Notes: generated from the sequence alone by a model not told the origin. 64,000 nucleotides of DNA from an uncultured Bacteriovoracaceae bacterium (GCA_964012805.1 CAXGUD010000018.1:18802-82801); one strand, 5' to 3'. Positions 19,601-28,755 are shown, numbered from the stretch's first letter. A program made the numbers and translations.

Positions 19601-19765
19601 GGCACCTGGGTATAGTGCAGTGACTTGTATGACTCCAAAGTCTAAGTCTTGACTCATGTCTCTATTTAGAGTTCCAAGGGAGTAAATTCCCATGGAAAAA
19701 ATAAGAATAAGGAGCATATTCGAGAGGATGTTGTTTTGTACTATAGAATTTAAAATATTCCTCAT
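16685..19765 (-). CDS. RND efflux permease (AcrB/AcrD/AcrF family), with no adjacent MFP or TolC gene
   Basis: YPGAS..E+E, GIIVDDAIII.E, RLKAVILTTLTT..GLLPL; 1026 aa, RND topology. Confidence 0.93.
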   Translation of the reverse strand: MRNILNSIVQNNILSNMLLILIFSMGIYSLGTLNRDMSQDLDFGVIQVTALYPGASTQEMEIKIANKVEDKLKDIEGITRYISIIYEGYARVVIWLDLQRSDLEKVKDKIREKVNSITDFPKEMKAAPTIEEPSFSSMPFLKVGLYSEDKEFLRNFSLKLKDKIESLKKIQEVISLGIPDEEFKILLDVNKLKQLNVTTLDIFDKLSRENLRSYLGRVENGGDYTNIIFNEKINSVGKLKNLTVRSNFSGKSVKLKHLAKVYLGYKKETKYAYPNGKEGVFFGVLKTGGSDIINLTQDVKDLIKKEMALNPDKKIKVEYLGERGKHIKNRFQIVRTNAAVGITLVCISLLIFLNFNISFWVAVGVPFTLFGVLSFMSFKGYVLDSLSMAAMILTTGIIVDDAIIIAESIHKHFHEYGKDKLTATIDGVAEVFKPVLTTLVSTFLAFAPLFYMTGSIGKFVYIVPWTISLALIFSLLECTFILPYHIYSGLNEKNQKKEPLIEKILRPFEKVLQKFIEKAIKFRYIFAIFFLLLFYLSLELANKRLKFVLFPDDNAEGIIINFDFDKKVKLEGIHEQIKFLPKILDKYRPNNIESYDLQSGLFREQMFENPSPNVASVRIDLAAQESRTLTARQVKDKIAEDVKKFLSENKRDITSSRYLMVTNGPPVGFPVNIRVIGKDNEKRDRLAKEIEDYIKTLDGVSGFWNSSTDLKKEYRLKLNKPLMERLGISSDMLVRTLQVGLIGDSSQNVTINNKKVEFKMELNEEFKSERSILDLRVRNQRGKEIEIGQFARFEKINSVPFVQHYNGSPFTTILATRLDLKKLSPIEVQQKVIKKFEQKDSELSLDFGGEVKDTQNSVIDLKKSALASLLLIYLLMALLFQSYLQPFYVILSIPMGIIGVIFAFTVHDQAFSMFAGLGTVGMFGVVVNDSLVVIDAINRAREKKGNLKEAIAFGVSERLKAVILTTLTTVAGLLPLGLGVGGIDMFLSPMAISMGYGILFGTPMILVLIPVSYAIGEDLKKLFRAS

Positions 19766-19932
19766 GAACTTTTTCCAAACAAAGAAATTGGTTAAGCGGT
19801 TATTATTTGATTCTAAATTTTTTATCGGAAAAGGGAAAAGAGAAATGAAACTAAAGTTAGAGTTTTAGAGAAATAAGTGTTTGAATCTAAATGGAAAACA
19901 CTGAAGTGGTTGGAAAATATTGGCGGACTAAT

Positions 19933-20058
19933 TTAGTTAAGAGTTCTGCCTGGGTGACAATAAAACCCTCTCCAAATGTGGCACTTTTTTTTACTTGCAC
20001 AACTCGAAAGAATCACAAGTAGTATTGAGGCAGTTAGAATTTTTTTAAACGTTTTCAT
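19933..20058 (-). CDS. Small cationic lipoprotein, 41 aa (absent from ORF track)
   Basis: GGAAGG RBS; MKTFKKILTASILLVILSS-CASKKKCHIWRGFYCHPGRTLN*: basic n-region, hydrophobic h-region, LSSC lipobox. Confidence 0.75.
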   Translation of the reverse strand: MKTFKKILTASILLVILSSCASKKKCHIWRGFYCHPGRTLN

Positions 20059-20272
20059 TTAGGTTACCTTCCCAATAAAGGGTCTTTTTAATGAAGATTT
20101 TTTTTGAATTAGTGAAATCCCATGGGAAAAGGGCTTTGACAATAAATCTTTAAATTGGGGTATCAAAACAAAAAAAATTACATGGTTAGATTAGGCTTAA
20201 TTAGGTTTAAAAACCAAAAGGCATCTTGATAAATAAACTTTATTTAATTAATGAGGGAAAACACAAGAATAA

Positions 20273-20809
20273 CTACAGGTAGTCTTTTATATGGAGACCA
20301 ATTAAAAGTCGAAGAGATTTTTCAAGAGCGTTATGTGATTCTACGATTAACCCGAATCCATATTTTTTATAGATATCAATATCTAAACCGACACCTAAAT
20401 TATGGCCACCATCTACCCTTGTTAGCTTTTTATAAGCACCTATACCTAGAGAAGCTTCAACATAAAAAAAAGGTTGAACAAAAGATTTTTTATAATAATC
20501 TAATGGGTAAATTTGACCACCAATCGAAAACTCACCTTGTACATATTCTTTAGCTACGCCTAAATTAAAAGAAGTAGAGTATTTAAGAATATTTCCACCG
20601 TATAAAAAAGTTTTAAAAAGTAACCCAGGATCAAGTCTTGTTCCTTCTCCTGGTGTCTCCTGTCCTAACAAAAGTTTAATGTTATACTGGTTTGGCTTTT
20701 TGCTTTGTTCTTCTCTATCGGCCGGTAGGGATTCTTCTGCCTGTAAAAAATTTAAGTTGAGAATTAGGGCACCAAAAAAGTAAACTAGAAGTAATTTTAA
20801 TTTTATCAC
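20273..20809 (-). CDS. Exported hypothetical protein, probable small outer-membrane beta-barrel
   Basis: Signal peptide (..LQA); alternating beta-strand patterns (FSIGGQIYP, NLGVGLDIDI, FGLIVES). Confidence 0.6.
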   Translation of the reverse strand: MIKLKLLLVYFFGALILNLNFLQAEESLPADREEQSKKPNQYNIKLLLGQETPGEGTRLDPGLLFKTFLYGGNILKYSTSFNLGVAKEYVQGEFSIGGQIYPLDYYKKSFVQPFFYVEASLGIGAYKKLTRVDGGHNLGVGLDIDIYKKYGFGLIVESHNALEKSLRLLIGLHIKDYL

Positions 20810-20836
20810 GCACGCCTCGTTGGATAGTATATATCT

Positions 20837-22093
20837 ATGGAGACCTATCGGAAAAACCTGTTTTACAAATTAGTAACCATCAAAATTACTCTACTTTTTC
20901 TCCTTTTGTGGTCAAAAAACTCTTTTTCATATGATATTCAGTCCAGGTCAAAACTCTTAGACGATAAGTTTGAAGCGCAAAAAAGTTGGGTTCAGGAAAG
21001 GGATAATGACTATTTTATAGACATTAACTTTAGAAACTCGAGTTCTATGCAGAAATTTTTAGAGTCTTTAAGCAGTAATTTTAAAGATGATTTGTCAGCA
21101 CAGTCTTTTTTAATTGCTAACGATAAAACTGAAAAAAATGTTGGAATTAACTTGTCGCTAAATATTCCTCTTCCATCTTTTTCTATTTTTAATAGAACCA
21201 TACATTCATCTTTTTTTTGCCATTCAAAAGTAAATTATTTTCAGGCAATTATAAGTACTGATTTGGATTGTGGAATGATCGCCTTATTAATTCCACCAGG
21301 CCTTCCATCAGAAATAAAAGATCTTTTTACTTGTAGCTATTACAATTCTCTTTCTCCAGGAGATGATCTAATTGCCAATATGCCTGGTTTATCTGCAGTA
21401 ATTAAAACGGCTTATTCAGGAAAATTTTATAAGCCATTAATAGAGGGGACACCTTACTTTCACTTATTCACTGAGGCCAAATTAAATTTAGGCCTTAATT
21501 TATCCTTTCCTTTTAGAGAGAACTTTGTTTTTCGTTTTAAAATTTACGCTTCGCCAGAGGCAGCGATGAAGGCCATGTTGTCTTATTCAAGTTTGAAAGG
21601 AGGGGTAGGGGACTCTAATTTATTTACTCCTTCTTTAGAGTCTTTTTTAAAGGGAAATCTTTCAATTAATTATGAACTAGATAATTTGCAAGTCGGTGCT
21701 GAATTAAATGATTTTATTTTAAAAAGCATTGTCACTCAGGATGCTAGTGCTGCCTCAAAAATGAAGAAAGCTCCCTTAGTGAATTTTTACGTTAAGAAGG
21801 GGTTTAGGTTAGGAAATATTAAGGCCAGGTCTTTTTTTGGTTATCATTGGAGAAGTTTATACAAACTTTATGAAGGTGTTTACTTTGGCAGTGATTTTAC
21901 TATCCCTTTAGATGTAAAGAGTTTTAACTTAATCTTTAAAGGTGCTTTTGACCCTGAGTATTATTCGACCTCTCTCCTTTTAGCAAGCTCCCTTGTTGAT
22001 ATAGGAGTTAAGGCAAAATATCCAATAAGGGTAAAGTCTAATGATATAGAGCTGACTCCACTCTATAACTTTCATTTAAACATTCACTTTTAA
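20837..22093 (+). CDS. Exported hypothetical protein, probable outer-membrane beta-barrel
   Basis: Signal peptide; many amphipathic strands; ends YNFHLNIHF, a BamA-type beta-signal. Confidence 0.6.
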   Translation: METYRKNLFYKLVTIKITLLFLLLWSKNSFSYDIQSRSKLLDDKFEAQKSWVQERDNDYFIDINFRNSSSMQKFLESLSSNFKDDLSAQSFLIANDKTEKNVGINLSLNIPLPSFSIFNRTIHSSFFCHSKVNYFQAIISTDLDCGMIALLIPPGLPSEIKDLFTCSYYNSLSPGDDLIANMPGLSAVIKTAYSGKFYKPLIEGTPYFHLFTEAKLNLGLNLSFPFRENFVFRFKIYASPEAAMKAMLSYSSLKGGVGDSNLFTPSLESFLKGNLSINYELDNLQVGAELNDFILKSIVTQDASAASKMKKAPLVNFYVKKGFRLGNIKARSFFGYHWRSLYKLYEGVYFGSDFTIPLDVKSFNLIFKGAFDPEYYSTSLLLASSLVDIGVKAKYPIRVKSNDIELTPLYNFHLNIHF

Positions 22094-22124
22094 GAAAATT
22101 TCCATTCCACCGATCTACTCATTT

Positions 22125-22505
22125 ATGAAAACAAGCAACTTGTCTTTTATTTTGGTTTTGCTATTTGTGAGTTTTTCACTAGAAATTAATGCAAATGGTA
22201 TTAAGGACAATCAAGAATTTACTCTTAAGGTAATAGGACTTGAGCAAACCGATTATGAGTATATATTTAGACTCAAGCAGGAGAGTATCTTTCCTAAGGT
22301 AAACCTAGATTGTCAATCCTTTTTCAATGGCCTTCATTTTTTGTCGAAAGAAGAAAAAATTATTGATAGGATTGATTTAGACAGTCATGAATGTGAACAG
22401 CTTTTTCTGATGATACAGAAGATGGAAGGGAAGTCACTATGCCTCAATGTCCAACTTGTGAAAGGGGACCTTTCTATAGATCAAAGTGGTTCAAGTTGCC
22501 TTTAA
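22125..22505 (+). CDS. Exported hypothetical protein with 4 Cys
   Basis: Signal peptide; LDCQSF motif; follows the previous gene after a 31-bp gap. Confidence 0.65.
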   Translation: MKTSNLSFILVLLFVSFSLEINANGIKDNQEFTLKVIGLEQTDYEYIFRLKQESIFPKVNLDCQSFFNGLHFLSKEEKIIDRIDLDSHECEQLFLMIQKMEGKSLCLNVQLVKGDLSIDQSGSSCL

Positions 22506-22576
22506 TAATATATTAAGGTGCCTTTTTCTAATGAATTGAATCGAAATTAAATGGAATTATATAAAAGGACCAAAAA

Positions 22577-23332
22577 ATGGAGTTAGAAAACCTTAATTTC
22601 TTTTTAATTAGAGGACTAGGTCGGGAAATACGTCATTGGGGGAAATTTAGTAAACTGTTGGAAAAAGAATGTTCTTTTTTGTACTGCTTGGAGTTACCAG
22701 GCTTTGGAAAGAAAGCTGATAAAATATCTCCTAGAACAGTTCATGGTTGTGTTCTTGAACTAAGAAAAGAGTATTTAAAGGTAAAAGCAAGTTATGGTGA
22801 AAACAATGAGTCTGTCTTATGTTCAATTTCTTTAGGAGGAATGATTGCCTTAGAGTGGTTGCGGGCCTTTCCGGATGACTTTAAGTGTGGAGTTATAATG
22901 AATACAAGTGCAGGTAATATTTCTTCCCTTTTAAAAAGAATAAGGGTCGAAGGACTATTAAATTTGGCAAAGGCAATCAAAGAAGAAGATAAAAGAGAAA
23001 GGGAGAGGAATACTTTTCGTTTAGTTTCAAATAGAACTGTTGATGAAAAGATTGTGGATGAGTGGAGTCACTATGCAGAAGAAATCGCACCTGATAAAAA
23101 AAATTTTTTCCGTCAACTCCAAGTAGCTTTTTCGTTTAAGGTTTCAAGTTCTATTCAAGTTCCTATCCTCTTTTTAGCTTCAAAAAGGGACAGGATGGTA
23201 GATTCTAAATGTTCAGAAGATTTGGCCTCCTATTTAAATGCATCCATTGAATTTCATCTTGATGCAGGCCATGATTTGACTCTTGATGATCCAAAGTGGG
23301 TGATAAAGAAAATGAGAGATTTTGATTTATAA
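22577..23332 (+). CDS. Alpha/beta hydrolase
   Basis: LIRGLGRE, ELPGFG, nucleophile elbow SISLGG, acid D in RDRMV, catalytic H in AGHDL. Confidence 0.9.
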   Translation: MELENLNFFLIRGLGREIRHWGKFSKLLEKECSFLYCLELPGFGKKADKISPRTVHGCVLELRKEYLKVKASYGENNESVLCSISLGGMIALEWLRAFPDDFKCGVIMNTSAGNISSLLKRIRVEGLLNLAKAIKEEDKRERERNTFRLVSNRTVDEKIVDEWSHYAEEIAPDKKNFFRQLQVAFSFKVSSSIQVPILFLASKRDRMVDSKCSEDLASYLNASIEFHLDAGHDLTLDDPKWVIKKMRDFDL

Positions 23333-23543
23333 CTGAATTTTTTTACAGATGCCGTTGAAAATTACTTTTTCTTCATTTCCAATTGAAAGTTGATCGTGAA
23401 AGTCGCACTTAATGTGACTCTTCTTTTTCTTCCCTTACAAAAGCCTATTGGATGATAAAGTTATTCGGGTTATGGTTAAAAGAGTAAAGGTTCTAAATTA
23501 TTTTTATTCTTAGGTAAAATACGAAACTGAAAAAGGAAAAAAC

Positions 23544-24497
23544 ATGAAGGTTATGGTTATACTCATGCTTTTGTTTACATTAACTTCCTCCTTGACCGCT
23601 CAATCTGAAGTGTATAAAGGTAGTCAATTTGCCAAAGTATGGAAAGTGATAAAAAGTGATCGGTACCGAGGCGATTTCCCTCTTACAAAAGTAACTGCTT
23701 TGGATTTTGGCTTTTTAGCAAGACATATCAAAAAAGATTCAAAAAGAGTTGTTATAGATAAAAGTGATTTAAAAAAAGAATTTAAAAAAAGAATTCATGC
23801 AAATGGGACATGCCTCAAAGGAACTTGGAATATTACAAAAAAAACAAAATTTACAGGCCTTTTTGAAAAGGGAGCCGTTGGTATGATAATAGCCAGGGCA
23901 TCAACATCTTTAACTGCTGTTTCTAGTCTAAGTAAGGATGTAAGGTTTTTAGGGATGGCCGGAAAGGTTTATCCAACAAAAGATCCAAACTCTATGAAGT
24001 ACTTGAAAACTGCAAACTTTCTTTTACTTGAAGATTTTGGAGGTAGTAGAACCAAGTCTTTTCTCGAGGCCACTTTATCAAATAACCCGGACCGAACAAT
24101 TCACAAGGAGTTGGCCACATTAGCAAAAGGTCCTGTAGCACTTGCTTTAAAAGTTGCATTCAATAAAGCTGATAAAAATGCAGACATAAGGCAATTATAC
24201 CAGTTTTCTGAGATGGGTTTAAAGGACCCAAAAAAGGCGATTACTCCAAAATATTTGGAGCTAAAGGGTAGGAAGAGGGAAATAAAGAGAATTCCTGATT
24301 TTAGGCACGAGCTTAATATAGAAAACTATAGAAATGGAATCCATTATGACATTTTTATTAGCAACGATGATAAAAAGAAAAAGTGGATGAAGGTTGGATA
24401 TATTCACTTTGATGATAGCGTTACATCAAAAAGTTGTGATAGAAGACTTCACTTTTATCATCCAATATGGAGGGAAGATATAAATCATGGAGCGTGA
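23544..24497 (+). CDS. Secreted catalase-fold protein (paralog of 55513..56460)
   Basis: Signal peptide; KRIHANGTCLKGTW, TGLF, ARAS, GMAGKV, TANF correspond to catalase-family H.KG, .RFS, G.A+K, NF motifs. Confidence 0.65.
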   Translation: MKVMVILMLLFTLTSSLTAQSEVYKGSQFAKVWKVIKSDRYRGDFPLTKVTALDFGFLARHIKKDSKRVVIDKSDLKKEFKKRIHANGTCLKGTWNITKKTKFTGLFEKGAVGMIIARASTSLTAVSSLSKDVRFLGMAGKVYPTKDPNSMKYLKTANFLLLEDFGGSRTKSFLEATLSNNPDRTIHKELATLAKGPVALALKVAFNKADKNADIRQLYQFSEMGLKDPKKAITPKYLELKGRKREIKRIPDFRHELNIENYRNGIHYDIFISNDDKKKKWMKVGYIHFDDSVTSKSCDRRLHFYHPIWREDINHGA

Positions 24498-24547
24498 TCC
24501 TTTTATAATCTTTAATTTATATGATTCGGCCCCCACCATGCCGACCA

Positions 24548-25031
24548 ATGGTTTTTCTTTTTTTAAAAAAATGGAAAGAAAATAAAAATTTTTTCATTTA
24601 ATATTCCTGTTTACTTTGTTTTTATGGGTATGGCCTGGGTATCTGCCCATAAGCTTTCTCTTGTCATTATAAATCTACAAAAGATTCCGACGAAAGGCTT
24701 TTTAACCATATTTTTAGGTACATTTTTTAGCTTTTAGTTTGGGGCAAAATTATTTTTTTTTGATCATTTCATCAGGTGATAATTTTATTACTCACCTAAA
24801 ATCAATTAATTTTTGGCTTGGTGGAGGCCTTTTTTTTTGGGAGGGGTATGATATTTATATCCCTCTTTGTCACTTTTTATTGCCATTATTTAAAAAAATT
24901 TAATCTCTACTCTTTTTATTAAGCTTATAAGGGGTGATTATATAGGAGGTGTATATTTTGGTCTTTCAATTTCTCTACTTATTTGGATGGTTTTAATATA
25001 TTTTTTCTTTAAAAAATATAGAATCTCATAA
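24548..25031 (+). pseudogene. lgt: Degraded prolipoprotein diacylglyceryl transferase (lgt-like) pseudogene; 5' boundary approximate
   Basis: Fragments IPVYFVFMGMAW...FFSF*FGAKLFF, then after a poly-T frameshift LIISSGD...NFWLGGGL.F..G, then IRGDYIGGVYFGLSIS. These match Lgt GAK/GAR, GG..F.GG and RGD...GLS motifs; the central GR.GC/HP.QLYE region is missing. Confidence 0.65.
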
Positions 25032-25144
25032 AAATTGTTTAAATTTTATTTTTACCATATTGTTTAAAAAAAATAAAAATTGAAAGCCTAAGGCTATAAT
25101 GTTTCTATTGTGGCCTAACTCGGAAAAAAATAAGAGGTGTTTGT

Positions 25145-25606
25145 ATGAGTTCAAAAATAACGTTTATGTGGAAAGAGGAAAACTCCCAGGACTCAGATTT
25201 AGTTAAATAATTTGTCGATGCTGTTTCAAAAGGGATTGAGTATTCAATAACTGATGAAGATATTAAAATTGAAGTAGCGCAAAGTGACCGCTTAATAGAT
25301 TTTAGTATCCTTGTTATGATAGAGAAAAAATTAGATGAATTAAAAGGAGAGTTAACCCTCAATAAATGGAAAACATTGGAGCCCGCTCATGAAGGCGTTG
25401 ATAATTCGAAAATATTTTCAGAACCAGGCAATACAATTAAACTAGAAATGTTTTATGATGAAGAAGGAAGAGACTTATCAATTTTTTCTTACCTTCACTT
25501 TTATAGACCAACGGAAGACTCAGAAAGTAAAAGGGGTCAGCTGGAAGTTGAAGGAAAAGCTCTCGGTAAAGTATTTTTAAAAGGATTGGCTTTTCTAAGA
25601 GACTGA
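25145..25606 (+). pseudogene. Hypothetical gene interrupted by one in-frame TAA
   Basis: GAGGTG RBS and ATG 25145; TAA at 25208-25210; the frame continues open into track ORF 25316..25606. Confidence 0.6.
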
Positions 25607-25631
25607 ATTAAGTATAGTGTCAAAAAAAATA

Positions 25632-27137
25632 TTAATTGTTTTTAATTTTTAAACTCTTTTCTAAAGATAAGAGCTCTTCAAGAAAGTGATTTCTCCCATT
25701 TCTAATGATATAAGGTATCTCTTTGGTATTCAAAAATGCATTCTTATTTAAAATAAGATCTAATCCCAAAATATCAACATCTGGATTTGATTTTAATTCG
25801 TCTAATGTCTTTTCAATTTTCTTATCAAGTGACTTGTCTAAAAGAAGAATTTTTTTATAAATAAAAGTAAGGTTTTTTTTTGAAAAGAAATGGGAGATAG
25901 CTTTTGATTCTCTAAATCTTGAATTTAAATTAATATAAAATATTTTTAATTTCTTTTTATCTGGATTAACTTTTTTTTCTGCCATGAACTTTTTAAAAGG
26001 CAAAATTAAGGGTATTTCCTCACTCAAAGCTCCGTCAAAAAAAGTATAACTACCTTCAGGATAATGTTTAACAATCGGCTTCATTATTAAAGGAATACAT
26101 GAAGAAGCACAAATCGATTCAAAGGGTTCGGCCTCCTTGAGAAATGAACTACATTCAGGGGGAATCCATTTTTTTTCTGTAAGGGCCATCATTTCCTTTT
26201 GAAAAGGAGTACTAACAAGAGAAAAAAAAGGTATATCGTTTAATTTAATATTTTCTTTCTTTTCTGTTCTATTTTTTTCATTGTCAAAAGCTAATTGAAG
26301 AGTTTTTTGTAGTTCAACTATTCCGATAAGTTCACTTAATTTTTTTCCTTGAATTTGTTTCGTAAAAGTTTTAAATGAATTGAAAAGGTCACCTTTTATA
26401 ATAAAATCTTCGTGTCTTTCGTTGTAAAAATCGAAACATATTTTTTCAATAAATAAGGGTGGAATTCCATAGGCATAGTAACCTCCAATAATAGAGCCTC
26501 CTGAGCATCCCCAAAGTTCATCTATATTTTTTCTGATATCAAGAAAATCAAATATTTTTAAAACTGTCGGTATAGCATGGGCCCTAAGTCCTCCACCACC
26601 TAGACTCAGTATTATTGTTGCATCTTCATCATTGAACCACCTTTTTAGATTGGATAAGTTATCTTCAAACTTTATTTTTCTAAACCGTTCCTTGCTTAGA
26701 TGAATTTTCCAAAAATAATTTCTCGTCCCATTTAAGATATCAAAAGAAAAAACATGTTTATCAAATTTCCTTATTTGCTTTGAATAAGCACTTAACTTTA
26801 GATCTCTTCCCAGGTATTCTACTTGAACATTTTTGTCTGCGTCTAAAAATAAATACAGATCTTGAATGGTGTTATCAGGAATCGGGTCATGGAGATAAGA
26901 TTTTAGAGAAAAATAAATTCTTTTTTTAAGGTCAGATTTAGTCTCATCTGGAATAAGGCCTTCTTTGAAAAAAGCTGTTTTAAAAGAATTAGGACGCCTT
27001 TTAATTTCAAGGTAAGTGTTTTCACTAAACTGGTAAACTTCGCCTTTTTCAAAAAGGAAAGGCTTTATATCAGGATTTTTAATAATAAAGCCTTCCATAA
27101 GGCTTTTTGTCATCTTAAAATATTTCATCCGAGCCAA
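25632..27137 (-). CDS. Patatin-like phospholipase with an uncharacterised N-terminal domain
   Basis: LSLGGGGLR oxyanion loop, GCSGG nucleophile, ASS.IP, DGA catalytic Asp. Confidence 0.88.
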   Translation of the reverse strand: MARMKYFKMTKSLMEGFIIKNPDIKPFLFEKGEVYQFSENTYLEIKRRPNSFKTAFFKEGLIPDETKSDLKKRIYFSLKSYLHDPIPDNTIQDLYLFLDADKNVQVEYLGRDLKLSAYSKQIRKFDKHVFSFDILNGTRNYFWKIHLSKERFRKIKFEDNLSNLKRWFNDEDATIILSLGGGGLRAHAIPTVLKIFDFLDIRKNIDELWGCSGGSIIGGYYAYGIPPLFIEKICFDFYNERHEDFIIKGDLFNSFKTFTKQIQGKKLSELIGIVELQKTLQLAFDNEKNRTEKKENIKLNDIPFFSLVSTPFQKEMMALTEKKWIPPECSSFLKEAEPFESICASSCIPLIMKPIVKHYPEGSYTFFDGALSEEIPLILPFKKFMAEKKVNPDKKKLKIFYINLNSRFRESKAISHFFSKKNLTFIYKKILLLDKSLDKKIEKTLDELKSNPDVDILGLDLILNKNAFLNTKEIPYIIRNGRNHFLEELLSLEKSLKIKNN

Positions 27138-27202
27138 AATCGGTACGAAATTAGATTAATTGTAGATTTGAGATCATCTTCTTTTTTTTGGGTAGGATTT
27201 TC

Positions 27203-27616
27203 TTATTCTAGATACTTTTCGTTAGAAAAGTAATATTGCGAAAAGATAACTGCCAATAATATATCAGAGATAAAAATTGGCCAGTTTTCTCTTTCTAAAC
27301 TCATACCAATAAGAAGCATAAAAAGGCATAAAAGTCCTATAAAACCTCTTTTTTTCCAATAAATGAGCTCATAAGCAAAGAAGCAAAGGCCACCATCAAT
27401 AAGTAAAAATATGAGGTGTTTCCAAATAGATTGGTCAAGAAACTCTTTGTAGGAAGGACCTAAAAAGTTTTGTATCATATTTGGATCAAGAAAATGAAAA
27501 ATAATTCCTGGGACATATAAAAGAAAAATAGTTGCATGGAGAATGATTCCGGACCAAAGCAAGAAAGTGATATCGACTCTTCTTTTTGGTAAAATTTCAT
27601 TATCTTCTGAAGGCAT
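27203..27616 (-). CDS. Small membrane protein (about 4 TM)
   Basis: Four hydrophobic segments; GGGG RBS-like sequence upstream. Confidence 0.7.
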   Translation of the reverse strand: MPSEDNEILPKRRVDITFLLWSGIILHATIFLLYVPGIIFHFLDPNMIQNFLGPSYKEFLDQSIWKHLIFLLIDGGLCFFAYELIYWKKRGFIGLLCLFMLLIGMSLERENWPIFISDILLAVIFSQYYFSNEKYLE

Positions 27617-27714
27617 TTTTTTGTTCCCCCTTTTCGCTTTATTTTATATGAAATGACAAGAATTTCAAATTCTTTTGAAAAGGAAGATCAAATTTGATGG
27701 TTACTCTAGGAGAA

Positions 27715-28104
27715 CTACTTTTCTTTGGTTGTTAAACTTTCAATCCTTTGCAGAAAATTACTATATCCTATATTTTTCTTTTCCATGAATTTAATGTGTT
27801 TCTCTTTTTTAAACTGGATTCTAAGTTCTTTATTAATATTCGCACTTAAAAATAATACTGGTGTCTTGTCTTTAGAAGTCATTTCTAAATTTTTAAGAAG
27901 GTCGATAACTTGATCACCACTTTTATCACCTTCTAAATGTAAGTCGGCAATAACAAGGTCAAAGTTGTGGTTTTTATCATTAAAATGGTTTTTAATAGCA
28001 TCAGTGCCTGATGAACAAGTATCTGTTTGAATATTTGCTTTATTTAGCCAATGAGTATAGAGCTTGACCATTGAATCGTCATCTTCAAGTATTAGAAATC
28101 TCAT
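27715..28104 (-). CDS. Single-domain response regulator (start moved from 28149 to ATG 28104)
   Basis: MRFLILEDD, FDLVIADLHL (phospho-Asp), SG, PVLFLSA, K; GAGG RBS before 28104. Confidence 0.88.
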   Translation of the reverse strand: MRFLILEDDDSMVKLYTHWLNKANIQTDTCSSGTDAIKNHFNDKNHNFDLVIADLHLEGDKSGDQVIDLLKNLEMTSKDKTPVLFLSANINKELRIQFKKEKHIKFMEKKNIGYSNFLQRIESLTTKEK

Positions 28105-28431
28105 GTAAGCCTCACTATTTTGTATCATTCTAATAAAATAACATGGCACTCCTTTGAGAAGTATCGGTTTTTAACTGAAGAACCTAGATAAAATTTAAAC
28201 CATATTCATTTTTTACATCCATTTAATTTTTTTCTTATTTTTTTCATTGAAATAAAATGAACATTTTTAGTTTATCTATTTAAAAATGTTAGATTATCGC
28301 CTTTAAAAAATTATCTTTTAAATAAACTTTATTGATAAAAAGCTTTATTTGAAATTTTGTCTGAAAGAATAAATTTAGCCTTTATAATATTAATGGCGAA
28401 GCTTTTTATTTTTCTTTGGAATAATTGAAAA

Positions 28432-28755
28432 ATGAAAAACAAAAAAAAATTAAATTTTTTGATTTTTACTACTTTGATTTTTATCTTCTTTGATATTCGG
28501 CTTGCACTGACTCAGGCAATTGAGTTTAAAGGAGAAGTTCCTTTATATGAAAAAAACACAATCGTAAGCAAACCATCAAAAAAAGTTCGTGGCTTTTGGA
28601 AAAATTGGAGGGCAACTTGTATAACTTCTAGAGGAGCAATTTTGAAACAACACAATAACGGTTTTAGGGACTGTATGGATAATACAGGCCCAGATTCTAG
28701 TCCTAGAAACAATGTAAAAAAGTCTCTGGACTTTATAATTCAAATTAAATTTTGA
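28432..28755 (+). CDS. Small exported hypothetical protein
   Basis: Signal peptide (..TQA), two Cys, C-terminal Phe. Confidence 0.55.
   Translation: MKNKKKLNFLIFTTLIFIFFDIRLALTQAIEFKGEVPLYEKNTIVSKPSKKVRGFWKNWRATCITSRGAILKQHNNGFRDCMDNTGPDSSPRNNVKKSLDFIIQIKF

Noticed and set aside
20251..20553. 100-aa plus-strand ORF
   Set aside because: Antisense to the signal-peptide-bearing gene 20273..20809; no features of its own.
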